IMG/VR virus record: IMGVR_UViG_3300018050_000188
Coordinates: 1 to 25,997 of that record
DNA: 25,997 bases
Origin: a virus
Taxonomy: Duplodnaviria; Caudoviricetes
Direction: 5' to 3' (one strand)
The notes beneath the pieces were generated by a model. That model was given only the letters and a program-made list of their open reading frames with translations. It was not told where the DNA came from and searched no databases. The position numbers and the translations under genes are program-made. Below, in pieces: positions 17,116 through 25,613 of the stretch. Position 1 is the first letter of the stretch. Each line of letters opens with the position of its first letter.

Positions 17116-18579
17116 ATGCCATCACCAACACGTTACTATAGTTCGACTGCAGCAAAGACAACTCTGTCTGGCTCACTCGATATTAATACAACAAGCTTAA
17201 CGCTTGCATCTACAACTGGCTTACCATCCCAGTATCCGTTCACGTTAATTCTTGAAAAGGATACAGCCAAAGAAGAAATCATTGAGGTCACTGGTCTTGT
17301 TGGTTCGGCTTATACAATTACTCGTGGTGTTGATGGCAGCACCGCTAAGTCACACTCAGTTGGAGCGCCAGTTGAACACGGTGTTTCTGCTCGTGACTTT
17401 GCAGAATCTCGTTCTCATGAAGTGGCAACATCAAACATCCACGGTGTTTCTGGCGACTTGGTTGGAACCGCTGGAACTCAAACTGTTCCTGGCATAAAGA
17501 CATTCTCACATATTATTATCTCTGGTGCTGACGCAGATTTAAACGTAAGCAACTATAAGATTACTAACCTCGCTACTGGAACAGCAACGGCTGATGCTGC
17601 AACCTTTGGACAGGTAAATGCAATCGCAGGTTCAGCAACAGCTGCAGCATCAGCTGCAACCACAGCAACAAACAGCGCAGCACTTGCACAGCAATGGGCT
17701 AACAAGACAGACGGAACTGTTGACGGAGTTGAATACTCAGCCAAGTATTATGCTCAAACATCTAATGCTGCTAACGCTGTGATGAAGGTTGACTTTGACG
17801 CTAAAGGTGACTTACTTGTTGGCTCTGCAAATGATACTTACACAAAATTATCCGCTGCTGCAAACGGCGCACTTCTTTATACAGACAGCACAGCAACCTC
17901 TGGATTAAGGTGGACATCAACAACCTCTGGAGTTAGATTAAGTGGAACCTCGCTTATACTTGATGCTGACCCAACCGTGGCTCTTGGCGCTGTAACTAAA
18001 CAATATGCAGATGCAATCTCTGCTGGTTTGAACACACATGATTCTGTTGAGGCAGCAACTACATCTGCAGTGACTGCAACATATGTTGCTGGAACAGCCG
18101 ATGCTGGTGGTGGCACTGGTATCGGTGCAACACTTACAGTTACAGCAACTGGTTTATTTATTATCGATGATTACACAACAGTTCTTAATGACAGAATTCT
18201 TATTAAGAACCAAGCAGATGCAAAACAAAATGGTATCTACCAAGTAACGACCGCTGGTGCGGTCGGGGTTTCTGCCGTGCTTACAAGAACAGATGACTAT
18301 AACAACAGTATTGCTGGTGAAGTATTTGCTGGAGATATGGTTTTCGTTATCCACGGAACTTTGTATAACAATACAGGTTGGGTAATGAACTCTATTGGAA
18401 CATCAACCAACCCAACCAAGGGTATCAAAATTGATACAGATAATATTCACTGGACACAGTTCACTGGTCTAGGCGTAGTAACAGCAGGTTTTGGTTTAAC
18501 AAAAACAGAAAACACTTTGAGCATTGCTCAAAGCTATACAGATGAAATAGCAGTAAGTGCCGTAATGGGCGTTTACTAA
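17116..18579 (+). CDS. Tail fibre / appendage protein (487 aa)
   Basis: Thr/Ala/Gly-rich mosaic of fibre motifs: KITNLATGTATADAATFGQV (YadA-stalk-like), DAKGDLLVG, AVTKQYAD, DRILIKNQADAKQNGIY. Confidence 0.75.
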   Translation: MPSPTRYYSSTAAKTTLSGSLDINTTSLTLASTTGLPSQYPFTLILEKDTAKEEIIEVTGLVGSAYTITRGVDGSTAKSHSVGAPVEHGVSARDFAESRSHEVATSNIHGVSGDLVGTAGTQTVPGIKTFSHIIISGADADLNVSNYKITNLATGTATADAATFGQVNAIAGSATAAASAATTATNSAALAQQWANKTDGTVDGVEYSAKYYAQTSNAANAVMKVDFDAKGDLLVGSANDTYTKLSAAANGALLYTDSTATSGLRWTSTTSGVRLSGTSLILDADPTVALGAVTKQYADAISAGLNTHDSVEAATTSAVTATYVAGTADAGGGTGIGATLTVTATGLFIIDDYTTVLNDRILIKNQADAKQNGIYQVTTAGAVGVSAVLTRTDDYNNSIAGEVFAGDMVFVIHGTLYNNTGWVMNSIGTSTNPTKGIKIDTDNIHWTQFTGLGVVTAGFGLTKTENTLSIAQSYTDEIAVSAVMGVY

Positions 18580-18600
18580 GAGAAAAGGAAACAGTAACTA

Positions 18601-18915
18601 ATGGCTGTAAATACAAAACTGCTGGCTAGAACAGCAGCATCAACATCAAGCGCAACCCTATACACTCAACCAAGCACTAGTGCAATTACGGTGATTACAA
18701 ACATCGCCGTGACAAACACCGCTGCGACTACATCAACATTTACCTTATCAATTGGTGGTGTTGCAATTCAATCTGGTTCTAGCATCCCAGGGAACTCAAC
18801 AGCATACCTAGACTTAAAACAAGTTATTCCAGCAAGCAATCCAGTCAAAACTGTTACTGGATTTGCTTCTACAACTGCTGTTAACTTTCATATTAGCGGA
18901 GTGGAGATTGTATAA
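18601..18915 (+). CDS. Small beta-rich fibre-associated structural protein (104 aa)
   Basis: SD AAGGA; motifs TLYT.P, ITNIAVTN, VNFHISGVEI; lies between two fibre genes. Confidence 0.7.
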   Translation: MAVNTKLLARTAASTSSATLYTQPSTSAITVITNIAVTNTAATTSTFTLSIGGVAIQSGSSIPGNSTAYLDLKQVIPASNPVKTVTGFASTTAVNFHISGVEIV

Positions 18916-18917
18916 TT

Positions 18918-21311
18918 ATGGGTATTAACGTTTATCCTGCGGTATCTACTGCAACATCTTTAGTAAAGAAAAAAGTCACTAGTCTACCTTCTACTCCTTC
19001 GAACATCAAAGACTATCCTTATGGTTCGAGCCATGGAACTGCAACTGGTGGAGCTGCGATTAAATACGCAAATAACACATGGGTAATAATTGAACCAGGT
19101 GGTCGAATCCTTACATCAACTGACCGCCTAACATGGAACTTTCTCCACAATAATCTTTTAGCAGAAATGGCGAAGTATGTTGATGCGTATGTTCCAACAT
19201 ATCGTCCAACACACGCCTGTAAGTCACTTGAATATGGTGATGGAAAATGGATGGCGTATTTCAGCAACTCACTTCTTATGACATCTACTGACCTAGTTAC
19301 ATGGACAGTTGCCCTCGACTTGTCATCATCAAGCTCTAACACTGGTCGAGGCACTGGTCTTAACAAAGCTGGAGCTACAGGAAGTGTTGCATGGAATGGA
19401 ACAGCAAATCTCTGGATGCTGGTCAACGCTGGTAAATTTGTATTTACCTCACCAGATGGAACAACATGGACCGAGCGAACAACTAACTGGACAACCGCAG
19501 CTGGAGCAACAGCTGTTCCAGGAAAAGTAGCATGGGCTAATCAATTATTTATTATCACCGATGACCTTGGACAAATTATCACATCATCCGATGCAATCAC
19601 ATTTACGTTAAGAACCGCTGTATTTGGTGGAACTGCAGCTCGTGATATTGCTACCAATGGTCTTGGTTCAAACGCATCAGCGACAACAGTTATTGTTGGC
19701 GCTTCTGGTAAATGGGCTTATTCAACCAACGGAACAACCTGGACTGCAAACACAGCTAACGGAACTATTAACCACACAAACGTTATCTGGGATGGTTTTA
19801 GATTTGTTGTTAATTCAACCACTGCAGCTACTGCATATTACTCAGCAACTGGTCAAGGTGGTCTTGCTGCAACAGCAACACCAACCAGCTTAACAGCTGG
19901 TGTTGCGCTATCGCAACAGCTGGCATCGGATGGAACAGGTAAAGTTTGCATTGCAACCGTTACTGGATTTATTACATCTGCCGATGTAACAGTTTCTTGG
20001 GCTACGTTCTCAACTGTTGTTACACTTGGAACTAACGAATCTGTTAGCACAAGCACCAATATTGATAACAAGCGTTATTCCTGCGTTGACGGTAGTGGAA
20101 AGATATGGTTGACACAAGGTAAACTTGGAAAAGTTTTTGTGTCAACAGATAATACAGGAACAAATTGGGTATACCACAACTCAGCATTAACCAATATTAC
20201 AAATACAACAACCCCTAACGATATTATTATTACTGGTTTATGGTATTTAAACAATACATTATTTGCTGCAAATAACACCTCTGGACTTCGTGTAAGCACA
20301 GATAATGGAACCACATGGTCTTCAACCATCACTGGCTTTAGTAATAATATTATCGGTATTGCGTATGGTAACGGTATTTATATAGCTATTACCCAGACAG
20401 CTGTTGGTCCATCAAGCACTACATCTGTATTCCGTTCAACTAATGGAACATCTTGGACTGGAATTAGCTCTGGCTCAACAGGTGGTGCAACAGCCAAGTT
20501 ATTCTATAATAACGGAGCTGCTGTGTATGACACATTTGTATGCAGAACAATTACATTTGATTCAAGTCAACCAACTGGCTGGTTTGAAATTATCGCAGAT
20601 GCCAACACTTCTTCACAATCAGTTGTTACTCGCACCGTAAACGGAACTTACTGGTGGGATGGTCTTGCTGGTGTCGGAACAAGCGATTACATTACATATC
20701 AACAAGATTTTCCTGGACAAATATCTCCAACTTCTACAACTTTTGTTCAAATAACACAGGGAGCAGAATACGCACCAAGTGCCAACGGCTGGCAAAAGGG
20801 TGGTTTGCAAGCTGAGGTTGGAGAAGGAAAGAGTGTTCTATTCTTAAGATATAGCAACTCTGCAAGCAACAACATTTCATTCCTTGTTTATAGAAATAAT
20901 GGAAATTACCTTACTACAAGAAATTATTATACAGCATGTAAGGTAAATGGACCAGCTATTGGGTTAAACCCTGATGTTGCATCTCTTACTTCAATCAGCA
21001 ATTATCCGAATATAGTTGAACCAATGTATTTAAATTACAACGCAAATATGGGATGGATAGCAGTTTACTATTGTTACACCGCAGCCCCTGCAATATACAA
21101 CTACGTTGTAGTATCTTCAACAGATGGTATTACATGGGACTATGTTGGAAGTATTCCAGGTCTTGCTGGCACAGCTAATGAGTATCCATTTATATTTACA
21201 AATGAAACAGATAAGTTGTTTATTGTAACTTCAACATTAACAACCAACACATTGAGCTCACCAGAAAATGTATACGTATTTTCTACCAGCTCTGTAGATG
21301 CAAATAACTAA
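18918..21311 (+). CDS. Receptor-binding / spike protein with BNR (Asp-box)-like repeats (797 aa)
   Basis: Repeated S-x-[DN]-G-x-[TS]-W-type motifs (STDRLTW, STDLVTW, SPDGTTW, STNGTTW, STDNGTTW, STNGTSW, STDGITW) indicate beta-propellers. Confidence 0.75.
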   Translation: MGINVYPAVSTATSLVKKKVTSLPSTPSNIKDYPYGSSHGTATGGAAIKYANNTWVIIEPGGRILTSTDRLTWNFLHNNLLAEMAKYVDAYVPTYRPTHACKSLEYGDGKWMAYFSNSLLMTSTDLVTWTVALDLSSSSSNTGRGTGLNKAGATGSVAWNGTANLWMLVNAGKFVFTSPDGTTWTERTTNWTTAAGATAVPGKVAWANQLFIITDDLGQIITSSDAITFTLRTAVFGGTAARDIATNGLGSNASATTVIVGASGKWAYSTNGTTWTANTANGTINHTNVIWDGFRFVVNSTTAATAYYSATGQGGLAATATPTSLTAGVALSQQLASDGTGKVCIATVTGFITSADVTVSWATFSTVVTLGTNESVSTSTNIDNKRYSCVDGSGKIWLTQGKLGKVFVSTDNTGTNWVYHNSALTNITNTTTPNDIIITGLWYLNNTLFAANNTSGLRVSTDNGTTWSSTITGFSNNIIGIAYGNGIYIAITQTAVGPSSTTSVFRSTNGTSWTGISSGSTGGATAKLFYNNGAAVYDTFVCRTITFDSSQPTGWFEIIADANTSSQSVVTRTVNGTYWWDGLAGVGTSDYITYQQDFPGQISPTSTTFVQITQGAEYAPSANGWQKGGLQAEVGEGKSVLFLRYSNSASNNISFLVYRNNGNYLTTRNYYTACKVNGPAIGLNPDVASLTSISNYPNIVEPMYLNYNANMGWIAVYYCYTAAPAIYNYVVVSSTDGITWDYVGSIPGLAGTANEYPFIFTNETDKLFIVTSTLTTNTLSSPENVYVFSTSSVDANN

Positions 21312-21320
21312 GGAGAAATA

Positions 21321-21530
21321 ATGTCAATCAAATTAAAAATATCAAAGAAGCAAAAGGCAATTCTAAAGTCTTACTTCCGTGGAGTGCTGGTTTCTTTCTT
21401 AACATTCCTAACTAGCAACGAGCTTGGCTTTGACCCAGTAATCTCTATCGCTATCGCTTCAGTAGCAGGACCTGCTGCTAAGGCTTTAGATAAGTCAGAA
21501 ACAGAATACGGCGCGGGGTCTAAAGAGTAA
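21321..21530 (+). CDS. Putative holin (69 aa)
   Basis: Basic N-terminus, two hydrophobic segments, SD AAGGAG, upstream of endolysin. Confidence 0.6.
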   Translation: MSIKLKISKKQKAILKSYFRGVLVSFLTFLTSNELGFDPVISIAIASVAGPAAKALDKSETEYGAGSKE

Positions 21531-21724
21531 TGTCTACCAACGAATGGGCTGGTATCGCTGTTGCGGTTACCACAATAGTTGCCAGCTTTGCTGGCTCAGT
21601 TCGTTGGCTAGTAAAGCACTACCTTACAGAACTTAAACCGAATTCAGGAACATCGATGCGTGACTCGCTCGACCGACTTGAACGTCGCATTGACGAACTA
21701 TTTACAATCATAGCAGGTAAGTAA
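21530..21724 (+). CDS. Single-TM membrane protein of lysis cassette (64 aa)
   Basis: N-terminal TM (WAGIAVAVTTIVASFAGSV), then LKPNSGTSMRDSLDRLE coiled coil; TAATG coupling on both sides. Confidence 0.65.
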   Translation: MSTNEWAGIAVAVTTIVASFAGSVRWLVKHYLTELKPNSGTSMRDSLDRLERRIDELFTIIAGK

Positions 21725-22179
21725 TGAGTCTATTGGATATAGCCAAAGCAGAGGTTGGCACTAACGAAACACCAGTTAATAAAAACAAGTATGGTAAATG
21801 GTATGGACTCAATGGTCAACCATGGTGCGCCATGTTTGTTTCATGGTGTTTTAATCAAGCTGGATTATCTAAATCTGTTGCAGCGCAAACACCTAAAGGG
21901 TTTGCATCATGCGATGCTGGTCTTAAATGGTTTGTTAAAAAGAACAAGATAGTTACCGTTGGTCAAGCTAAGCCTGGCGACATTGTCTTCTTTCAGTTTG
22001 ATGATGACCCAATAGCAGACCACGTTGGGATTGTTGTTGGCAACAACCCAATTACAAAGAACTTAACATGTATTGAAGGAAACACATCAAGCGGTAATGC
22101 TGGCAGCCAGTCAAATGGTGATGGTGTGTATAAGCGTAAGCGTTCATATTCGCTAGTAATGGCAATAGCTCGTCCATAA
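21724..22179 (+). CDS. CHAP-domain endolysin, catalytic domain only (151 aa)
   Basis: PWCAMFVSW (catalytic Cys), PGDIVFF, DHVGIV (His), IEGN. Confidence 0.9.
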   Translation: MSLLDIAKAEVGTNETPVNKNKYGKWYGLNGQPWCAMFVSWCFNQAGLSKSVAAQTPKGFASCDAGLKWFVKKNKIVTVGQAKPGDIVFFQFDDDPIADHVGIVVGNNPITKNLTCIEGNTSSGNAGSQSNGDGVYKRKRSYSLVMAIARP

Positions 22180-22192
22180 TTAAGGAGTAAAT

Positions 22193-24109
22193 GTGGCAAC
22201 TAACAACAAGGAAATTGTTGGCGATTTACCCATAATCCTTAGCCAAGCAATTCCTCTTGCGCTTGTTAAATACAAGCGTGAAGACTTTGCTGCAAGCTAT
22301 GCGATTGGTAATACACCATGGCTATCTGGTGCGTCAGACCAAAATCGCATTAGTCGTATTACTACGACTTACCAGAAGGAACGTATTGACCAGGGGTCAA
22401 GTGCGGGTGAGAACTCTTTGTCTAACTGGTGGCTTCGGTCTGCAACCTCTTGGCATCATGGTGCTGGAGAACGTTACTATGATGCAGACGATACAGACCT
22501 ATACCGATTCTATGAATCATCTAACATAGATGTATTTTCTGACACTGGTTCTATAAAGCTTTTGCCTGTAACAACTCAATTATCTACAGTTGGTATTACG
22601 GCTAAGCCAGCCACGGTTAATGGTGGAACATTCTATATTCAAGGTAGTAATGTTTACTATTACAATTCAACAACTAATACAACAACATCTACATCATTAA
22701 ATACATCAGCAGTAGCTCAAGTAATAACTACCGATGGTCACAATGCCATTGTCGGAGCAAGTGATGGCGTATGGCAAGTTACAACAGGAATGGTTCCAAC
22801 CAAGCTTTGGAATAAACCAAATACTGTTACAACGTTTACTGCTCAGGCTATTGGTTTTGTTAAAGATAGAATTGTTATTGGTGTTAAAGAAGATACAACG
22901 CAATGCGTTGTCTATGAACTTTCTAGATTTCCTAATTCTTCTCCAGTCACAATAGGTAACACGGAAGAACGCTATACGTTTAAAGACTCCGAGCTTGTAT
23001 GGAATTCTGTTGGTGAATTAAACAGTGCAATCATTGTTGGTTATACACTTGGAGCTATCTCAAGAGTGTTGTCATTTTCCATTGACCTAACCTCACCGCT
23101 TGCTGCAATCAAAGACCCAATTGTAATTGCCGAGCTTCCACGAGGCGAAACACTCAACCAGATTAGAACATACCTAAACGAGTATGTTGTTATGGCAACA
23201 ACCAAGGGTGTTCGCATCGGTAACCAGAATTCAGATGGCACATCGTTTACATATGGACCGCTTAACCTAAGCGGTAATGTAAACGACATAGCATTTACTG
23301 AAAGATTTATTTATGCCACACGTTCTTTGGCTATTAATACAAAGAATGGTTTATGGAAGATTGACCTTGGTCAACCTATTGACAATGGTTATGCCTATGC
23401 TGCTGATTTGGAAACAGATACAACAGATGTAACTGGTATTGCATTTATGGGAACAACCACTAGAAAGTTTATTACTACGGCTGGTGGTGTATACCTTGAG
23501 CATCCAACACAACTATCGGCTATTGGAACCATTAAGTCTGGATGGATTAGATGGGGAACTTCGGAAAGAAAACAACCAGTATCTTTAGCTATTCGTAGCA
23601 ACAGCACTGGTGGTGCTATTGGTTTTTCTGTATATGACCAAGAAAGTAATGCGACATCTATTGATGCTATTCCGCTTTCTGGAACAACTGAGTTTCAACT
23701 ATCAGCTGGTCTTCAACCAGCCGACCATTTTGAAATTGAACTTACTCTTTCACGAAGTTCTAGCGATGCAACAGTTGGACCAACAGTAGAGGAATGGCAA
23801 TGTCGTGCATTGCCTGCACCGCTAAGGTCTAGAACAATTACTGTTCCTCTATTATGTTTCGAGGAAGAGCGTGACTCAAACGGTGTAACACGAGTAAGCA
23901 ATCCATGGGAAAGAATTAACTATCTAGAACGTATCGAACAAAATGGTGGTGCTGTTCTTTTCCAAGACTTCTCTTCACAAGAGGAGAGAGTATGCACCAT
24001 TCGTGCTATTCAGTTTGAACAAACAAGTCCTCCATCGTTTGCATCAGGATTCGGTGGAATCGTTACTGTTCAATTGCAAACGATTGATACAGAAATTCCA
24101 ATTTCTTAA
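22193..24109 (+). CDS. Large beta-rich tail protein, probable nozzle / tail tubular protein B-like (638 aa)
   Basis: SD AAGGAG and GTG start; beta-propeller-like composition; size fits podovirus nozzles. Function is inferred. Confidence 0.55.
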   Translation: MATNNKEIVGDLPIILSQAIPLALVKYKREDFAASYAIGNTPWLSGASDQNRISRITTTYQKERIDQGSSAGENSLSNWWLRSATSWHHGAGERYYDADDTDLYRFYESSNIDVFSDTGSIKLLPVTTQLSTVGITAKPATVNGGTFYIQGSNVYYYNSTTNTTTSTSLNTSAVAQVITTDGHNAIVGASDGVWQVTTGMVPTKLWNKPNTVTTFTAQAIGFVKDRIVIGVKEDTTQCVVYELSRFPNSSPVTIGNTEERYTFKDSELVWNSVGELNSAIIVGYTLGAISRVLSFSIDLTSPLAAIKDPIVIAELPRGETLNQIRTYLNEYVVMATTKGVRIGNQNSDGTSFTYGPLNLSGNVNDIAFTERFIYATRSLAINTKNGLWKIDLGQPIDNGYAYAADLETDTTDVTGIAFMGTTTRKFITTAGGVYLEHPTQLSAIGTIKSGWIRWGTSERKQPVSLAIRSNSTGGAIGFSVYDQESNATSIDAIPLSGTTEFQLSAGLQPADHFEIELTLSRSSSDATVGPTVEEWQCRALPAPLRSRTITVPLLCFEEERDSNGVTRVSNPWERINYLERIEQNGGAVLFQDFSSQEERVCTIRAIQFEQTSPPSFASGFGGIVTVQLQTIDTEIPIS

Positions 24110-24327
24110 TGGAACAAAACAAACTAATATCCCTGGTATCACCAGGTGAGCGTCACCCCTTGGTCAATAAGGTAAGGGTGGCGCTAAACATAGCTGGAGA
24201 TGATGTGCTAGATGCTCCCCTAGCCGAAGTGCTTAAAGGGTTGCAGCATACGCTTTCCATTCCAGCAGTCGGGTGCATCAACTTAGCCACGCTGGATGCG
24301 CTCGCAGTAGCTCCGCCTGAATGGTAG
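24109..24327 (+). CDS. Stand-alone degenerate peptidoglycan-binding (PG_binding_1-like) protein (72 aa)
   Basis: Pattern L..G.....V..V..AL...GD..LD..L...LK.LQ..L.I...G.I...TL.AL parallels the three-helix PGBD consensus; TAATG overlap. Confidence 0.5.
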   Translation: MEQNKLISLVSPGERHPLVNKVRVALNIAGDDVLDAPLAEVLKGLQHTLSIPAVGCINLATLDALAVAPPEW

Positions 24328-24334
24328 GGAGCAG

Positions 24335-24373
24335 AAAGAGAGGGGGAATCAGAAATGGTTCCCCCTCTTTTTT
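24335..24373. terminator. Bidirectional intrinsic terminator between convergent units
   Basis: AGAGGGGGAATCA-GAAA-TGGTTCCCCCTCT stem, T tract downstream and purine/A tract upstream. Confidence 0.88.
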
Positions 24374-24947
24374 ATTTTATTTTCTTGAACCAAGCCTGAC
24401 CATTAATAACTATTGTTTCTAATCTGTCACCCAAGATATGTTTAAACCAATCAATGGCTGGCTTTGGGTCATAGAACTCACCTTGGTTAAGAGTCCATAC
24501 GTAATCATCAAAGGCAAGAACTCCGCCAACCTTTAAACTATTGTAAGAATTAATTGCATCCTTCATAACTTGAAGCGCAGTATGGTCACCATCGACATAG
24601 ATAAAATCAAACATAGGTTTATCCCATGGTTGACCAGCAAAGAATGAATCACTAGTTCCTATATACTGAAACACTTTAGTTCCAATAAATTCGCTATTCT
24701 TTTTTTCGTATTCTTCATACACTTCACTGAAGTTCATGTTCTTGTGGACAGGTTCTTCCGAACCTTTCCAGGTATCTACATCCCAGAGTATTGATTGTGG
24801 ATGGCTCAATATGTTGTTCGCCATCCAGTTAGTTGCATCCCCTGTATAGACACCAACCTGTAAGCAGGCTAGTTCTCCTTCTCTTGGTGCATATAGTTCA
24901 AAGTTTCGCTTTGCATTTGATTGTTCAAACCAGTTTGGGTATGTCAT
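24372..24947 (-). CDS. Class I SAM-dependent methyltransferase (Methyltransf_24-like, 191 aa)
   Basis: LQVGVYTGDAT motif I, VDTWKGS, FDFIYVDGDH, LKVGGVLAFDDY. Confidence 0.88.
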   Translation of the reverse strand: MTYPNWFEQSNAKRNFELYAPREGELACLQVGVYTGDATNWMANNILSHPQSILWDVDTWKGSEEPVHKNMNFSEVYEEYEKKNSEFIGTKVFQYIGTSDSFFAGQPWDKPMFDFIYVDGDHTALQVMKDAINSYNSLKVGGVLAFDDYVWTLNQGEFYDPKPAIDWFKHILGDRLETIVINGQAWFKKIK

Positions 24948-25132
24948 TAGTATGCGCTCTTATCTTTGTTGAGGATTCGGATAGCCCAGTCTAACCCAGA
25001 GTTAAACCCTTCCATCCATTCATAATCCTTATGTTCCTTAGAAAGATGCGTCTTCGCATCTTCTATCTTTTTTATGAATATATCTATATCTTTCATCGGC
25101 TCGCCCTCTGGCGAGCCTTTCCCGCCCACCAC
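24947..25132 (-). CDS. Small hypothetical protein (61 aa from GTG 25132, or 49 aa from ATG 25096)
   Basis: Stop overlaps the methyltransferase ATG (TAATG); motif WMEGFNSGLDWAIRIL. Start is uncertain. Confidence 0.7.
   Translation of the reverse strand: MVGGKGSPEGEPMKDIDIFIKKIEDAKTHLSKEHKDYEWMEGFNSGLDWAIRILNKDKSAY
25098..25117. repeat. Perfect 8-bp GC-rich inverted repeat
   Basis: GGCTCGCC-ctct-GGCGAGCC followed by TTT on the + strand. Confidence 0.8.
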
Positions 25133-25210
25133 CCCTCTACCCTACCACACCCTTGGTTAAAAATATCTTGGCGTGTCTTGCACCATATATCCAGATTGGA
25201 AAGATAAACT
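25133..25210. promoter_or_regulatory. Divergent promoter region
   Basis: Minus strand: TG-G-TAGGGT extended -10 (hexamer 25144-25139), GACAC at 25177-25173. Plus strand: TTGCAC at 25178 and TAAACT at 25205 (21-nt spacing, non-canonical). Confidence 0.55.
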
Positions 25211-25411
25211 ATGGACATGAGTAAACTACCCCCACACCGTTCCTTTAGCCAGCTGTCTACCTGGCAGTCCTGTCCACAAAAATACTACCTCAGCAAAGTG
25301 GCTATGGTTCCAGAGAAGCCTGCAGTGTATCTTGCTGCTGGTTCCGCAGTCCATTCCATGCTGGAATGGCTAAACCATGAGCTCTACAGAACCCAACAAG
25401 AATCTAATTGA
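25211..25411 (+). CDS. N-terminal part of Cas4/RecB-like PD-(D/E)XK exonuclease (66 aa)
   Basis: HRSFSQLSTWQSCPQKYYL and AAGSAVHSMLE are the typical N-terminal motifs of PDDEXK_1 nucleases; ends at TGA 25409-25411. Confidence 0.8.
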   Translation: MDMSKLPPHRSFSQLSTWQSCPQKYYLSKVAMVPEKPAVYLAAGSAVHSMLEWLNHELYRTQQESN

Positions 25412-25613
25412 CCAGCGGGGAATACCCAGCAATGAGTGTATTAACTGTGGTTCTAATATCCAAGTTGTCCGTGCCATATTCCAAGACTATGAGTTGGTCA
25501 TGTGGTTCACTGATTCATTCTGTGCGACCTGTGGGTCGCCGATGACTACACCTACACCAATTGATAATCCAGACTACATACCAAGAGAGAATGATGGCGA
25601 TGAATTTAACTGA
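25377..25613 (+). CDS. Small C4 zinc-ribbon protein (78 aa)
   Basis: CINCG...CATCG pair; overlaps both nuclease halves. Confidence 0.75.
   Translation: MSSTEPNKNLIDQRGIPSNECINCGSNIQVVRAIFQDYELVMWFTDSFCATCGSPMTTPTPIDNPDYIPRENDGDEFN

Noticed and set aside
437-23901. Many minus-strand ORFs of 60-214 aa in the track (e.g. 1867-2511, 4060-4464, 12077-12484)
   Set aside because: They lie antisense to a continuous, coupled + strand operon, lack RBSs and are shadows of codon bias or low-complexity sequence.
25412-25590. Self-splicing intron interrupting the nuclease
   Set aside because: Gap is short, entirely coding, and shows no group I/II structural hallmarks or homing endonuclease motif that I can identify.
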